NCBI GenBank assembly: GCA_958296135.2
Contig: CATQHZ020000001.1
Span: 4,224,001-4,288,000 of the forward strand
Direction of reading: 5' to 3'
DNA from: an uncultured Poribacteria bacterium
Lineage (GTDB): Bacteria; Poribacteria; WGA-4E; WGA-3G
Length of the DNA: 64,000 nucleotides
This document shows, in pieces, positions 19,331 to 28,215 of the stretch. Both the position numbers and the translations under genes were made by a program. A model generated the notes under the pieces. The model made no database searches and was not told the origin of the DNA. It saw only the letters and a program-made list of their open reading frames with translations. Positions within the stretch are counted from its first letter, which is position 1; every line of letters begins with the position of its first letter.

Positions 19331-21310
19331 ATGAAAACCTTTCTCATCTCACTTTTTGTCGTTTTACTTTGCGGTGCCCTCATCTTCCTCGGCACCACAG
19401 CCCTGTTCTCCCAAACCCGCCGCGGCATGAAAATCAGCGTCCGCACGAACACCGGCGAAGACATCGCCCTCTACAACGCCTCCTACGCGCTCGTCATTGG
19501 AAACGGAAATTACCGAAACGGCTGGGACCCGCTCCCCGGTGCCCTACAAGACGTGAAAGAAGTCGCCGAGGCACTCAAAACACACGGCTTCAACGTCACA
19601 CTCAAAACAGATCTCACCGCAGATGAATTTATGGACGCGTTACTGACGTTCGGGTTAGAGCACGGCGAAGACGAAAACAACCGTCTCCTCTTTTACTACG
19701 CCGGACACGGCTACACCCTGCCGCTCGCCAACGACCAGGAGCGCGGCTACCTCGTGATGATCGACGCGCCAGACCCGGACAGCGACAAACGCGGCTTTGT
19801 GCGAGCGAGCGTCAACATGGAGACGATCGTCGGGGAATCCAAGGCGATTCTCGCACGGCACGTGCTATTTCTGTTTGATTCCTGCTTCTCCGGCACCATT
19901 CTCAACGCCCGCGACCGGGTGAGACCCGAGAGCATTTCAGATAACATTCGGTACCCCGTGCGGCAATTCATCACCGCCGGCCGCGCGAACGAACCCGTGC
20001 CGGACCGGAGCGTTTTCAAGACAGCGTTCCTGGACCTCATTGAAGGCCGCGCCACCGATCCGTTCCGTGATGGTTACATTACCGGTACGGAGTTAGGAGT
20101 GTATCTGGTGAATCAGGTGCCGATATACAACCCGGCACAACATCCACAACACGGCAAAATCCGAGATCCGAAGTTAGATAAAGGCGATTTTGTGTTTGTG
20201 CTACCGCGGCGAAACACTGCCGAACTGCCTACCCTCGCAACCTTGAGCGTGACGAGCACGCCGAGCGGCGCGACCGTCTACGTTGCCGGTACCGCTATCG
20301 GCAAAACGCCCTTACGCGCCTATGCAATTGACACGGGGGTGCGGCGCGAGAAGCAGGTAGACATCGGCTTAGAACTTGCCGGTTACAAAAGCCGTGTGAA
20401 AAGCGTTACATTGACAGGTGGACAAACCCTCCCCTGGGATGTCCCCTTGGAACCTATGATTGCGCCGACGATTATTGGACAAGATGGCGCGGAGATGGTG
20501 CTGATTCCCGCCGGCGACTTTCAGATGGGCAGCAACGACAGCGAGGCAGAAGACTATGAAAAACCGGTGCATACCGTCTACGTGGATGCGTTCTACATGG
20601 ATAAATACGAAGTGACGAATGCGCAGTTCAAGGCGTTTGTCGATGCCAACCCGCAGTGGCAGAAGGACAAAATCCCTGACAAATACCACGATGGAAACTA
20701 TTTGGGTCACTGGGATGATAGTACTCTCAAGAGTTTCTTGGGGGAAGGGAACCAGCCAGTGGTGTATGTGAGTTGGTATGCGGCGATGGCGTATGCACAG
20801 TGGGCCGGCAAACGGCTGCCGACAGAGGCGGAGTGGGAGAAAGCCGCCCGCGGCGGGTTAGTGGGCCAGAAATATCCCTGGGGCAATCGTCCGCCGGATG
20901 GCACACAGTGTAACTTCGCTGATATCCACCTAGCCAACTTGAATTTCGAGGGGCTAGATTGGGCAGATGAAAGTGTGGACGATGGTTCCGCGCTGACTGC
21001 CCCTATCGGCCGTTATCCGGTCAACGGCTACGGCCTACATGACATGGCTGGCAATGTGTGGGAGTGGTGTCTTGATGAATATGATGAGACTTTCTATAGG
21101 CGTTCGCCGCGTCGGAATCCGCTCGCGGGGGAGATGCCCCGAAGGGAAGTGATTACTAATTACAGAAACGTTACAACCTCCCGCGTGTTGCGGGGTGGCA
21201 GTTGGTACAATACCGCGCAGAACCTGCGCGTCGCCAATCGCCTCAGCAATACGCCCTCGTACACGTTCAACGGCATCGGTTTTCGTTGTGCGAGGGCTGT
21301 TACCCCTTAG
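19331..21310 (+). CDS. Exported caspase-like (peptidase C14)-PEGA-FGE/CLec protein; putative DGR target 1
   Basis: Hydrophobic N-terminus; YALVIGN, YYAGHG, FDSCFSG (His-Cys dyad); SVTSTPSGATVY PEGA; IPAGDFQMG, RLPTEAEWEKAARGG, DMAGNVWEW, RGGSW, GFRCA. Confidence 0.9.
   Translation: MKTFLISLFVVLLCGALIFLGTTALFSQTRRGMKISVRTNTGEDIALYNASYALVIGNGNYRNGWDPLPGALQDVKEVAEALKTHGFNVTLKTDLTADEFMDALLTFGLEHGEDENNRLLFYYAGHGYTLPLANDQERGYLVMIDAPDPDSDKRGFVRASVNMETIVGESKAILARHVLFLFDSCFSGTILNARDRVRPESISDNIRYPVRQFITAGRANEPVPDRSVFKTAFLDLIEGRATDPFRDGYITGTELGVYLVNQVPIYNPAQHPQHGKIRDPKLDKGDFVFVLPRRNTAELPTLATLSVTSTPSGATVYVAGTAIGKTPLRAYAIDTGVRREKQVDIGLELAGYKSRVKSVTLTGGQTLPWDVPLEPMIAPTIIGQDGAEMVLIPAGDFQMGSNDSEAEDYEKPVHTVYVDAFYMDKYEVTNAQFKAFVDANPQWQKDKIPDKYHDGNYLGHWDDSTLKSFLGEGNQPVVYVSWYAAMAYAQWAGKRLPTEAEWEKAARGGLVGQKYPWGNRPPDGTQCNFADIHLANLNFEGLDWADESVDDGSALTAPIGRYPVNGYGLHDMAGNVWEWCLDEYDETFYRRSPRRNPLAGEMPRREVITNYRNVTTSRVLRGGSWYNTAQNLRVANRLSNTPSYTFNGIGFRCARAVTP
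21182..21310 (+). other. DGR-type variable region VR1
   Basis: 129 nt, gap-free alignment to 25253-25381 with 27 mismatches; 25 are at codon positions 1/2 and 20 have A in one copy. Confidence 0.8.
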
Positions 21311-21330
21311 TCCTTTACCTCTTTACCCCT

Positions 21331-21353
21331 TCTGATCTGCCTTGCAGATCAGA
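21331..21353 (+). promoter_or_regulatory. Perfect hairpin downstream of VR1 (candidate DGR target-recognition stem-loop)
   Basis: TCTGATCTGC-CTT-GCAGATCAGA, 20 nt after the stop; no U-tract follows. Confidence 0.65.
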
Positions 21354-21466
21354 CCGGTATGGAGGGGGTACTTAATAAGACCTAACGGCCGGCCCGGCAC
21401 CTATTTTTCTGCGATAACCCCGCTTACTATGCGGTTTCGTCCTGCGAAGTTTTTTTAAGGATTGCT

Positions 21467-23095
21467 ATGAAAACCACGCGCCTCTCTCTATTTCTCATAT
21501 TCCTCATCTCCCTCACAACAACCGCGCACGCCGCCAAACCGGATTGGGTCAGCAATTTCGGCGTGTCCAAAAGGCATCCAGCACACAGTTATCTCGTCGG
21601 GTTCGGGAGCGCGCGGGGGAACGGTGCCGAATCACGCCAGATCGCCGCAGATAACGCACGCGCAGAGGTGTCTCGCCACATTGTCACAAATATCAAAAGC
21701 GTGATTTCCACGGGCGAGGCAGAGACAAGGCACGGTGTCTCCGAACATTTCAGCGCAACCACTCAAAGTTCCACTGCACTGCAACTGATGGGACTTTCGC
21801 TTGAGCACTACGCTGACCAGCATGCCACGTATGTCCTGGCATGGATTTCCCGCGCCGAGCTCAAGCGGCTCTATACGCAACGTGCCGTGGAGTTCCGCGA
21901 GAAAATCCGGCGGATCATAGCGGATGCCCACGCCGCAGAAAACGACGAAAAGCCCTCCCTTGCCGTGGAGAAATACCTGAGCACCGCGCCGCTCTACGAA
22001 GCGTTGAAAGAGGCGGAGACCATCTTGACGGTGGCAAAACTCTCCAGTAGGCGCGATTTGCAACTTGCAAGCGATGCCTTCGCCGAATTAGAAAAAGCCA
22101 CAAAGGGCGATTCCGGCGTGGGAGATACCCCCCTGATGTCGCACACCGAGGTGATGAACCGCGTCGAGAAACTTGTCTCAACCGCCGCAATCACTTCCGT
22201 TGATGACATCGCGCGGGCTGTCGTCTTTCAACTCTCAAAACAGATGAGTCACCTCACAGGCAAAGTGTTGCTGGTAGCCCCTACCTATCAGGATACGCAG
22301 ATGAATAGCCGTTTTTCGCGTGAATTCCGCGCCGCGCTGGAGACACAATTCGGACAAATCGGCAAGTGGCATACCGTGACTGAAAAGCATCGTTCCCGCG
22401 GAAACGTTCGTCCCCGTTCCGCGCAATTGATGCGCGATTGGACCAGAAGTGCGGGCGCGACGTTGCTGCTCTCCGGCACCTATTGGGAAAGCAGCGATGC
22501 AATCACCCTCCGGACGACGCTGCGCGATGTGAATACCGGTGCAGTCAAGGCAGGCACCGCAGTCACCTTCTCGCGTCTTACGGATATGGACTTCAAACCG
22601 CAAAATTGGCAGTCTGCCCTCATATCACAAAAAGCGTTCGCCGAAGGCGAATTCGTCAGTGGCGCGCTGCGGGTGGAAGTCTGGACAAACAGGCCGAGTG
22701 AGCATCCGCTTTATACCGAAGGCGAGACGATGACAGTCTCTGTCCGCGTCAATCAAGAGGCTTACATCCGCCTCCTCTATATCCTTGCCGATGGCCGGTA
22801 CACGCTCCTCTACGATAACTACTACATTGACGGGTCGAAGGTTAATCGCGTCGTTGAGATTCCGGAAGAGTTTGAGTGTGCAGAGCCGTTTGGCGCAGAA
22901 TTGCTTATCGTCGCGGCGCGCACCGATAAGTTCCCTGCCATCGATACCTACGAAAGCGATGGGTATTCATTCTTGAAGGCAGAAGATGCCGAACAAGCAG
23001 CTCGCGCTTTTCGCGGCATGAAAAAGAAGCAGCAACGTCCCGAGGCCCAACAGAGTGAAGCGCGCCTTGTGATTACAACCCTCAGCAAAAAGTAG
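21467..23095 (+). CDS. Exported protein: LPP20-like N-terminus, FlgO/CsgG-like middle, C-terminal DUF4384-like domain
   Basis: Signal peptide ending AHA; KPDWV..YLVGFG..ARAEVS; LLSGTYW..ITLRTTLRDVNTG; VEVWTNR..YTEGE..VRVNQEAYIRL..EPFGAE. Confidence 0.65.
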   Translation: MKTTRLSLFLIFLISLTTTAHAAKPDWVSNFGVSKRHPAHSYLVGFGSARGNGAESRQIAADNARAEVSRHIVTNIKSVISTGEAETRHGVSEHFSATTQSSTALQLMGLSLEHYADQHATYVLAWISRAELKRLYTQRAVEFREKIRRIIADAHAAENDEKPSLAVEKYLSTAPLYEALKEAETILTVAKLSSRRDLQLASDAFAELEKATKGDSGVGDTPLMSHTEVMNRVEKLVSTAAITSVDDIARAVVFQLSKQMSHLTGKVLLVAPTYQDTQMNSRFSREFRAALETQFGQIGKWHTVTEKHRSRGNVRPRSAQLMRDWTRSAGATLLLSGTYWESSDAITLRTTLRDVNTGAVKAGTAVTFSRLTDMDFKPQNWQSALISQKAFAEGEFVSGALRVEVWTNRPSEHPLYTEGETMTVSVRVNQEAYIRLLYILADGRYTLLYDNYYIDGSKVNRVVEIPEEFECAEPFGAELLIVAARTDKFPAIDTYESDGYSFLKAEDAEQAARAFRGMKKKQQRPEAQQSEARLVITTLSKK

Positions 23096-23197
23096 AAAAC
23101 GCCGAACAACCACAGCGCGAGGGCCTGTCTCTCACGATCGTCCCTCAAGACAAAAACTGAAGGAAAAAACACAACGTTCATCCGGTATCGAAAAACC

Positions 23198-23226
23198 TTG
23201 CTTTTTAACACGCAACATGCTAGAAT
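23198..23226 (+). promoter_or_regulatory. Putative promoter, similar to the one at 25470-25498
   Basis: TTGCTT-TTTAACACGCAACATGC-TAGAAT versus TTGCTT-TTTAACGCACAACATGT-TAAACT. Confidence 0.55.
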
Positions 23227-23236
23227 ACACGTCATC

Positions 23237-25381
23237 ATGAAGCCCTTCTTCATCTCTCTCATTATCATAGCCCTCTGTAGTGCCGCGATTTTCATCGGCG
23301 CGCCAGACCTGTTCCCCCAAACCCGCCGCGGCATGAAAATCACCGTCCGCACAAACACGGGCAAAGAAATCGAACTCTACAACGCCTCCTACGCGCTCGT
23401 CGTCGGAAACGGCAATTACACAAACGGCTGGGACCCGCTCCCCGGCGCAACTCGCGACGTGCAGGAAGTTGCAGCGGCTCTCAAAACACACGGCTTCAAC
23501 GTCACACTCAAAACCGACTTGACAAAGAACAGGTTTGAGGATGCGTTTGAGACGTTCGTCCAGAACGGAAAGAACAAGGATGCCCGACTCCTTTTCTACT
23601 ACGCGGGACACGGTTACACCGAGGAACTCGCCGATGGCGAAAACCTTGGATACCTCGTCATGGTAGACGCACCTTTGCCAAAAAGCGGCGGCATCGACGG
23701 TAGCAAAAGTGTGGACATGGAATCGCTGGTGACACAATCACGGCGGATGCAGTCACGGCATGTGCTGTTTGTGTTTGACAGTTGTTTCTCTGGCACGATT
23801 CTCAATACGCGCAGCCAGATTCTGCCGCCTTATGTCTCAAACAACGTCAAATATCCCGTGCGACAATTTATCACCGCCGGCCGCGCGGATGAAACCGTGC
23901 CGGATCACAGCGTTTTTAAGCAGGCGTTTCTGAACCTCCTTGAGGGCCGCGCGCCTGAACCTATTAAGGACGGTTACGTTACCGGCGAGGAGTTAGGGCT
24001 CTATCTAAAAACCGAAGTCCCGAAATATAACCGCGGGCAAAACCCGCAATATGGCAAAATCAACAACCCGAAACTGAACCAGGGCGATTTTGTGTTTGTG
24101 CTGCCCCAGGAGGCTCCACCACCCCCCGGCGAAGTCTTATCCACAACAGCAACGTTAAACGTAACAAGCACGCCCAGCGGCGCGACGCTCTATCTTGATG
24201 GAATCGTCATCGGGAAAACGCCGCTGCGCGGCCATCAGATTGACACGGGGGTGCGACGCGTCAAAAAGGTTCAGGGCCGCTTGGAATACGATGGTTACAA
24301 AAGTCGAACAACAACCTTGACACTGAAGGGTGGGCAAAGTGTGCCTTGGAGGGTTCGGTTAGAAAAGTTTGCCACCATCGCAACCTTGCAGGTAACCAGC
24401 ACACCGAGCGGGGCGAGTGTCTATATTGACGGGGCCGCCGTTGGGAACACACCGTTACGCGGCCATGAGGTTGACACGGGAACAAAGCGAGAAAAGCGGG
24501 TAGAACTTGGCATAGAACTTTCCGGTTACAAAAGCCAAGTGAGAGGTGTAACGCTGAAGGGAGGACAAGCGGTGCCGTGGGATGTCCAATTGGAAAAACA
24601 GGCAACTCCTCTGCAAGGCGCGCACACATCAACGATTATTGGGAAAGATGGCGCGGAGATGGTGCTGATTCCCGCCGGCGACTTCCAAATGGGCAGCAAC
24701 GACAGCGAGGCAGACGACGATGAAAAACCGGTGCATACCGTCTATGTGGACGCGTTCTACATGGATAAATACGAGGTGACGCATGCGCAGTTCAAGGCGT
24801 TTGTCGATGCCAACCCACAGTGGCGGAAAGACCGGCTCCCTGACAAATACCATGATGGAGACTACCTGTCTGAGACAGGGAACAGTTGGGAAGGCAACTA
24901 TCCGGTGGTGTCTGTGAGTTGGTATGCGGCGATGGCGTATGCGCAGTGGGCCGGCAAACGGCTGCCGACAGAGGCGGAGTGGGAGAAAGCGGCGCGCGGT
25001 GGCTTGGTAGGCAAGAAATACCCGTGGGGGAATACAAAGGCAAACTACAGCATGGGTGGTCGCTACACCAAGCCGGTTGGCCGTTATACACCGAATGGTT
25101 ACGGTTTATACGACATGGCTGGTAACGTGCAGGAGTGGTGTCTGGATGCGTATGATAGCGATTTCTATAGGCGTTCGCCGCGTCGGAATCCGCTCGCGGG
25201 GGAGATGACCCGAAGGGAAGTGATTACTAATTACAGAAACGTTACAACCTCCCGCGTGTGGCGGGGTGGCGGTTGGGCCAATCCCGCGCTGTACCTGCGC
25301 GTCGCCGATCGCGACGACGGTGCGCCGCCGGACGCGAACGGCTACGTCGGTTTTCGTTGTGCGAGGGCTGTTACACCTTAG
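23237..25381 (+). CDS. Exported caspase-like (C14)-2xPEGA-FGE/CLec protein; putative DGR target 2
   Basis: Paralog of 19331-21310; YYAGHG and FDSCFSG intact; two PEGA domains; start set at MKPFFISL by alignment with the paralog. Confidence 0.9.
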   Translation: MKPFFISLIIIALCSAAIFIGAPDLFPQTRRGMKITVRTNTGKEIELYNASYALVVGNGNYTNGWDPLPGATRDVQEVAAALKTHGFNVTLKTDLTKNRFEDAFETFVQNGKNKDARLLFYYAGHGYTEELADGENLGYLVMVDAPLPKSGGIDGSKSVDMESLVTQSRRMQSRHVLFVFDSCFSGTILNTRSQILPPYVSNNVKYPVRQFITAGRADETVPDHSVFKQAFLNLLEGRAPEPIKDGYVTGEELGLYLKTEVPKYNRGQNPQYGKINNPKLNQGDFVFVLPQEAPPPPGEVLSTTATLNVTSTPSGATLYLDGIVIGKTPLRGHQIDTGVRRVKKVQGRLEYDGYKSRTTTLTLKGGQSVPWRVRLEKFATIATLQVTSTPSGASVYIDGAAVGNTPLRGHEVDTGTKREKRVELGIELSGYKSQVRGVTLKGGQAVPWDVQLEKQATPLQGAHTSTIIGKDGAEMVLIPAGDFQMGSNDSEADDDEKPVHTVYVDAFYMDKYEVTHAQFKAFVDANPQWRKDRLPDKYHDGDYLSETGNSWEGNYPVVSVSWYAAMAYAQWAGKRLPTEAEWEKAARGGLVGKKYPWGNTKANYSMGGRYTKPVGRYTPNGYGLYDMAGNVQEWCLDAYDSDFYRRSPRRNPLAGEMTRREVITNYRNVTTSRVWRGGGWANPALYLRVADRDDGAPPDANGYVGFRCARAVTP
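25253..25381 (+). other. DGR-type variable region VR2
   Basis: See VR1; about 35 nt of 3' non-coding sequence is also conserved, but the hairpin is degenerate. Confidence 0.78.
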
Positions 25382-25532
25382 TCCCTTACTCCTTTACCCC
25401 TTCTGATTTGCTGTGCAGGTAGTGGCATGACATACAATGGCATTTCCAAAATCGGAGATGAAAATGCCCTTGCTTTTTAACGCACAACATGTTAAACTTT
25501 CCTCATCACAACACAATAACGGAGTCAACCTT

Positions 25533-27797
25533 ATGTCCCCAAAAACCCTATCCCTCATCGTCACCTTCACCTTAATCGCGATGGTATCGCCAGGCCCAAC
25601 TCCTGCCGCGCCAGACGCGGACTATTTCAACCACATCACCCTCTTTTCAGATGGCAGAATCACGCGCTTCACGGAAATGCCCATCCGTGTCTACATCTCA
25701 CCCATCCTCAAGGAGAGCCCCTATCTCGCCGAACTCCGCTACGCGATGAACGAATGGGAAACCGCCGCCCCCGAAACCATCCGTTTTGAAGAAACAGCGG
25801 TGCCAGAACAGGCTGACATCCGCGTCAGCTGGGGACACAGCAGCCTCATGGACATTCAGGATACGCGGCTCGGAAGCGCGGAATTGACGCGCTTGAACGC
25901 CGCGCAAGGGTTTAAGGTGGAGGTTATCCTGATGCTGGAGGGAAATGGCACTATTGGGGAACTGTCGCAGGAAGAAATGCGCACAGTCTGTCTGCACGAA
26001 TTCGGACACGCTATCGGGCTCTGGGGACACAGCCCCCACCCCGCCGATATCAACTACCCCACGGCGACAGCGCAGCATCCTACCGGGCGCGACATCGCAA
26101 CCTTGCTGAAACTTTACGCCACGCCGCTCGATACGCCTCAGCACGACATCGCAATAGAGCTGTTGAAAGCGGAGGTTGCGCGGAAACCGAGAAATCTGCG
26201 GGAACACTATCTGCTAGGCGCAGTCTATTTTGATAAAGGCGATATGGCAGCGGCGATTGATTGTTTCCAGACGTGTCGCAAACTTGATGCCAACTTTCAA
26301 CCGGCGATAGAGAGACTCCTGCAGGCATACCAAGAGACAGGACAGGCACCGGCGGCGATTACGTTGCTTGAAAAACGCATCTCGCAAAAGCCGTCGCCGG
26401 CCGGCTATAACACCCTCGGCATTTTCTATTACGGGCAAAAAGAGAACGAGCGCGCAATGCGTGCGTTTGAGAACGCGTTAGAGATGGCACCGCATCATAA
26501 AGCCGCAAGGCGGAACCTGCATCAACTCCTCCGAGAAAAAGCGTTCAGTGCACTGGCTGACAAAAATTTCGCGGCGGCGACAGCGGCGTTTGAGAAGGCG
26601 CTGCGGATTAAGCCGCTTGATACCACCACGTATCACCTGATGGGAAACGGCTACGCGCAAGTCGGCGAGTTTGAGAAGGCAATTGCGTATTATGAGAAGG
26701 CACGAGAAATGAACCCTATTGACGCAGTCATGCGCCGAGATCTGGCGCAATGCTACAACAACTACGGTGTCGCCTTGAGAAACCGAAAGCAATGGGACGC
26801 GGCAATTCGTGCTTATCGGAATGCCTTGAACGTCATGCCAACGTTCGGGCTCGCGCGCTCAAACCTCATCGATGCGTTATGGCAAAAGGGGCGTGCCTAT
26901 CGGGAAGCGGGGGAATTGGACACGGCGATTAACGCGTATCAAGAGGTGTTGAAGCTCCAGCCGAACGATATGCAGGGACGCAGCCTACTTGGCGAACTCT
27001 ATCTCAAAAAAGGGGACTATACAGCGGCACTAGCAGCATTTCGCCAGGTTTACACCGCGATGCCGAACGCCGAATGGGTGCAACACAACCTCATCGCCGC
27101 CTATCATCACGCCGCCCGAAGTTGCATCCAGCAGGAACGTTACGATGTGGCCATTCAACACCTTACGGCGGCACTCCGCATCGTTCCAACAGACCTGAAC
27201 CTCCGTTTAAGTCTCGTGCATGCGTATCAGGGCGCAGGCGATGACAAACGTGCCGACGCAGAACTCTCGCGCGTTCTCGCGCAAGAACCGCATAATCCTC
27301 AGGCGAAAGCGGCACTGATGAACCTGCACATCCGACGCGGCAACAAACTGATGCAGCAACGGAACTACGCCGCCGCCCTCAACGAATTTGAGGCGATTCT
27401 CGAAGACGACAGAGACATTCATATTGACAATACCATCGCCTATCTCTATCTGATGCAGGGAGAGTTTATGAAAGCATTGACAGGGTTTGAGAAGGTTTTT
27501 CAGCGCGACCGGCTCAATATGCCCGCGTTTCGGAATCTGCTATCGCTTGAATCGCAACTCGTGCGGCGGTCTGACAAATCGAAGGCAGACACCTTGGTCC
27601 GCGTGCGGTGTGCAGTCGCAATCTGTTTGATGCACCGGAAGCAGCTGGACGCAGCGATGAAAAAATATGCATTGGCGTTGAAAGGGAAACGCGAGCCTTT
27701 GCACGCGCTTCTGATTGAAACGGGTAGGGAATTAGCTCAGCACGATGCGCGCAATCGGGAAGAGATTTTGCAGTGGGTAGAAACCCTGAAGCCCTGA
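25533..27797 (+). CDS. Exported matrixin-like zinc metalloprotease with long TPR array
   Basis: Signal peptide; ADIRVSW, HEFGHAIGLWGHS metzincin motif; many TPRs (YNNYGVAL, LGELYL, AIAYYEKA). Confidence 0.85.
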   Translation: MSPKTLSLIVTFTLIAMVSPGPTPAAPDADYFNHITLFSDGRITRFTEMPIRVYISPILKESPYLAELRYAMNEWETAAPETIRFEETAVPEQADIRVSWGHSSLMDIQDTRLGSAELTRLNAAQGFKVEVILMLEGNGTIGELSQEEMRTVCLHEFGHAIGLWGHSPHPADINYPTATAQHPTGRDIATLLKLYATPLDTPQHDIAIELLKAEVARKPRNLREHYLLGAVYFDKGDMAAAIDCFQTCRKLDANFQPAIERLLQAYQETGQAPAAITLLEKRISQKPSPAGYNTLGIFYYGQKENERAMRAFENALEMAPHHKAARRNLHQLLREKAFSALADKNFAAATAAFEKALRIKPLDTTTYHLMGNGYAQVGEFEKAIAYYEKAREMNPIDAVMRRDLAQCYNNYGVALRNRKQWDAAIRAYRNALNVMPTFGLARSNLIDALWQKGRAYREAGELDTAINAYQEVLKLQPNDMQGRSLLGELYLKKGDYTAALAAFRQVYTAMPNAEWVQHNLIAAYHHAARSCIQQERYDVAIQHLTAALRIVPTDLNLRLSLVHAYQGAGDDKRADAELSRVLAQEPHNPQAKAALMNLHIRRGNKLMQQRNYAAALNEFEAILEDDRDIHIDNTIAYLYLMQGEFMKALTGFEKVFQRDRLNMPAFRNLLSLESQLVRRSDKSKADTLVRVRCAVAICLMHRKQLDAAMKKYALALKGKREPLHALLIETGRELAQHDARNREEILQWVETLKP

Positions 27798-27814
27798 TAC
27801 CGTAGTGCGCGGGC

Positions 27815-28175
27815 CCGGCGAGCGCGAATCGCCGAGGGTTACCCTCACCATGCAGCCACCCTCGCTAAACCGCCCCTGATACCGTAGGGCGAGGGCCCGG
27901 CGATCACGAATCGCCGAGGGTTACCCTCGCCATGCAGCCCACCCCTTTAACCGTAGGGCGAGGGCCCGGCGATCACGAATCGCCGAGGGTTACCCTCGCG
28001 AAACCGCCGCCCTCTACCGTAGCGCGAGGGCCTGTCCCTCGCGATCTCCCGACCGTAGGGCGAGGGCAGTTCCGCCTACATGGAAGCCAGCCTGCATTGC
28101 ACCGCATAAGCAGGATGACCTCCGCCCGCGCCATGCAGCGATCGCGGGGGACAGGCCCCCGCGCTACCGGCCCGG
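27815..28175. repeat. REP/REPIN-like cluster left of the RM gene
   Basis: GTAG(G/C)GCGAGGG..CCCTCGC units; 27993-28167 is directly repeated at 31340-31513. Confidence 0.8.
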
Positions 28176-28215
28176 GATAATTTTCTCAACATGACTACCG
28201 AAAGGAAATCTTAAC

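Noticed and set aside
21400-21450. GCGGTTTCGTCCTGCGAAG as a possible DGR template repeat end
   Set aside because: Only a short resemblance to GGTTTTCGTTGTGCGAGG; the upstream sequence does not align to the VRs and lacks AAC runs.
19331-25381. Formylglycine-generating (sulfatase-maturing) enzymes
   Set aside because: Despite sulfatases in the window, the catalytic Cys pair after RGGS is absent and that segment is the variable region.
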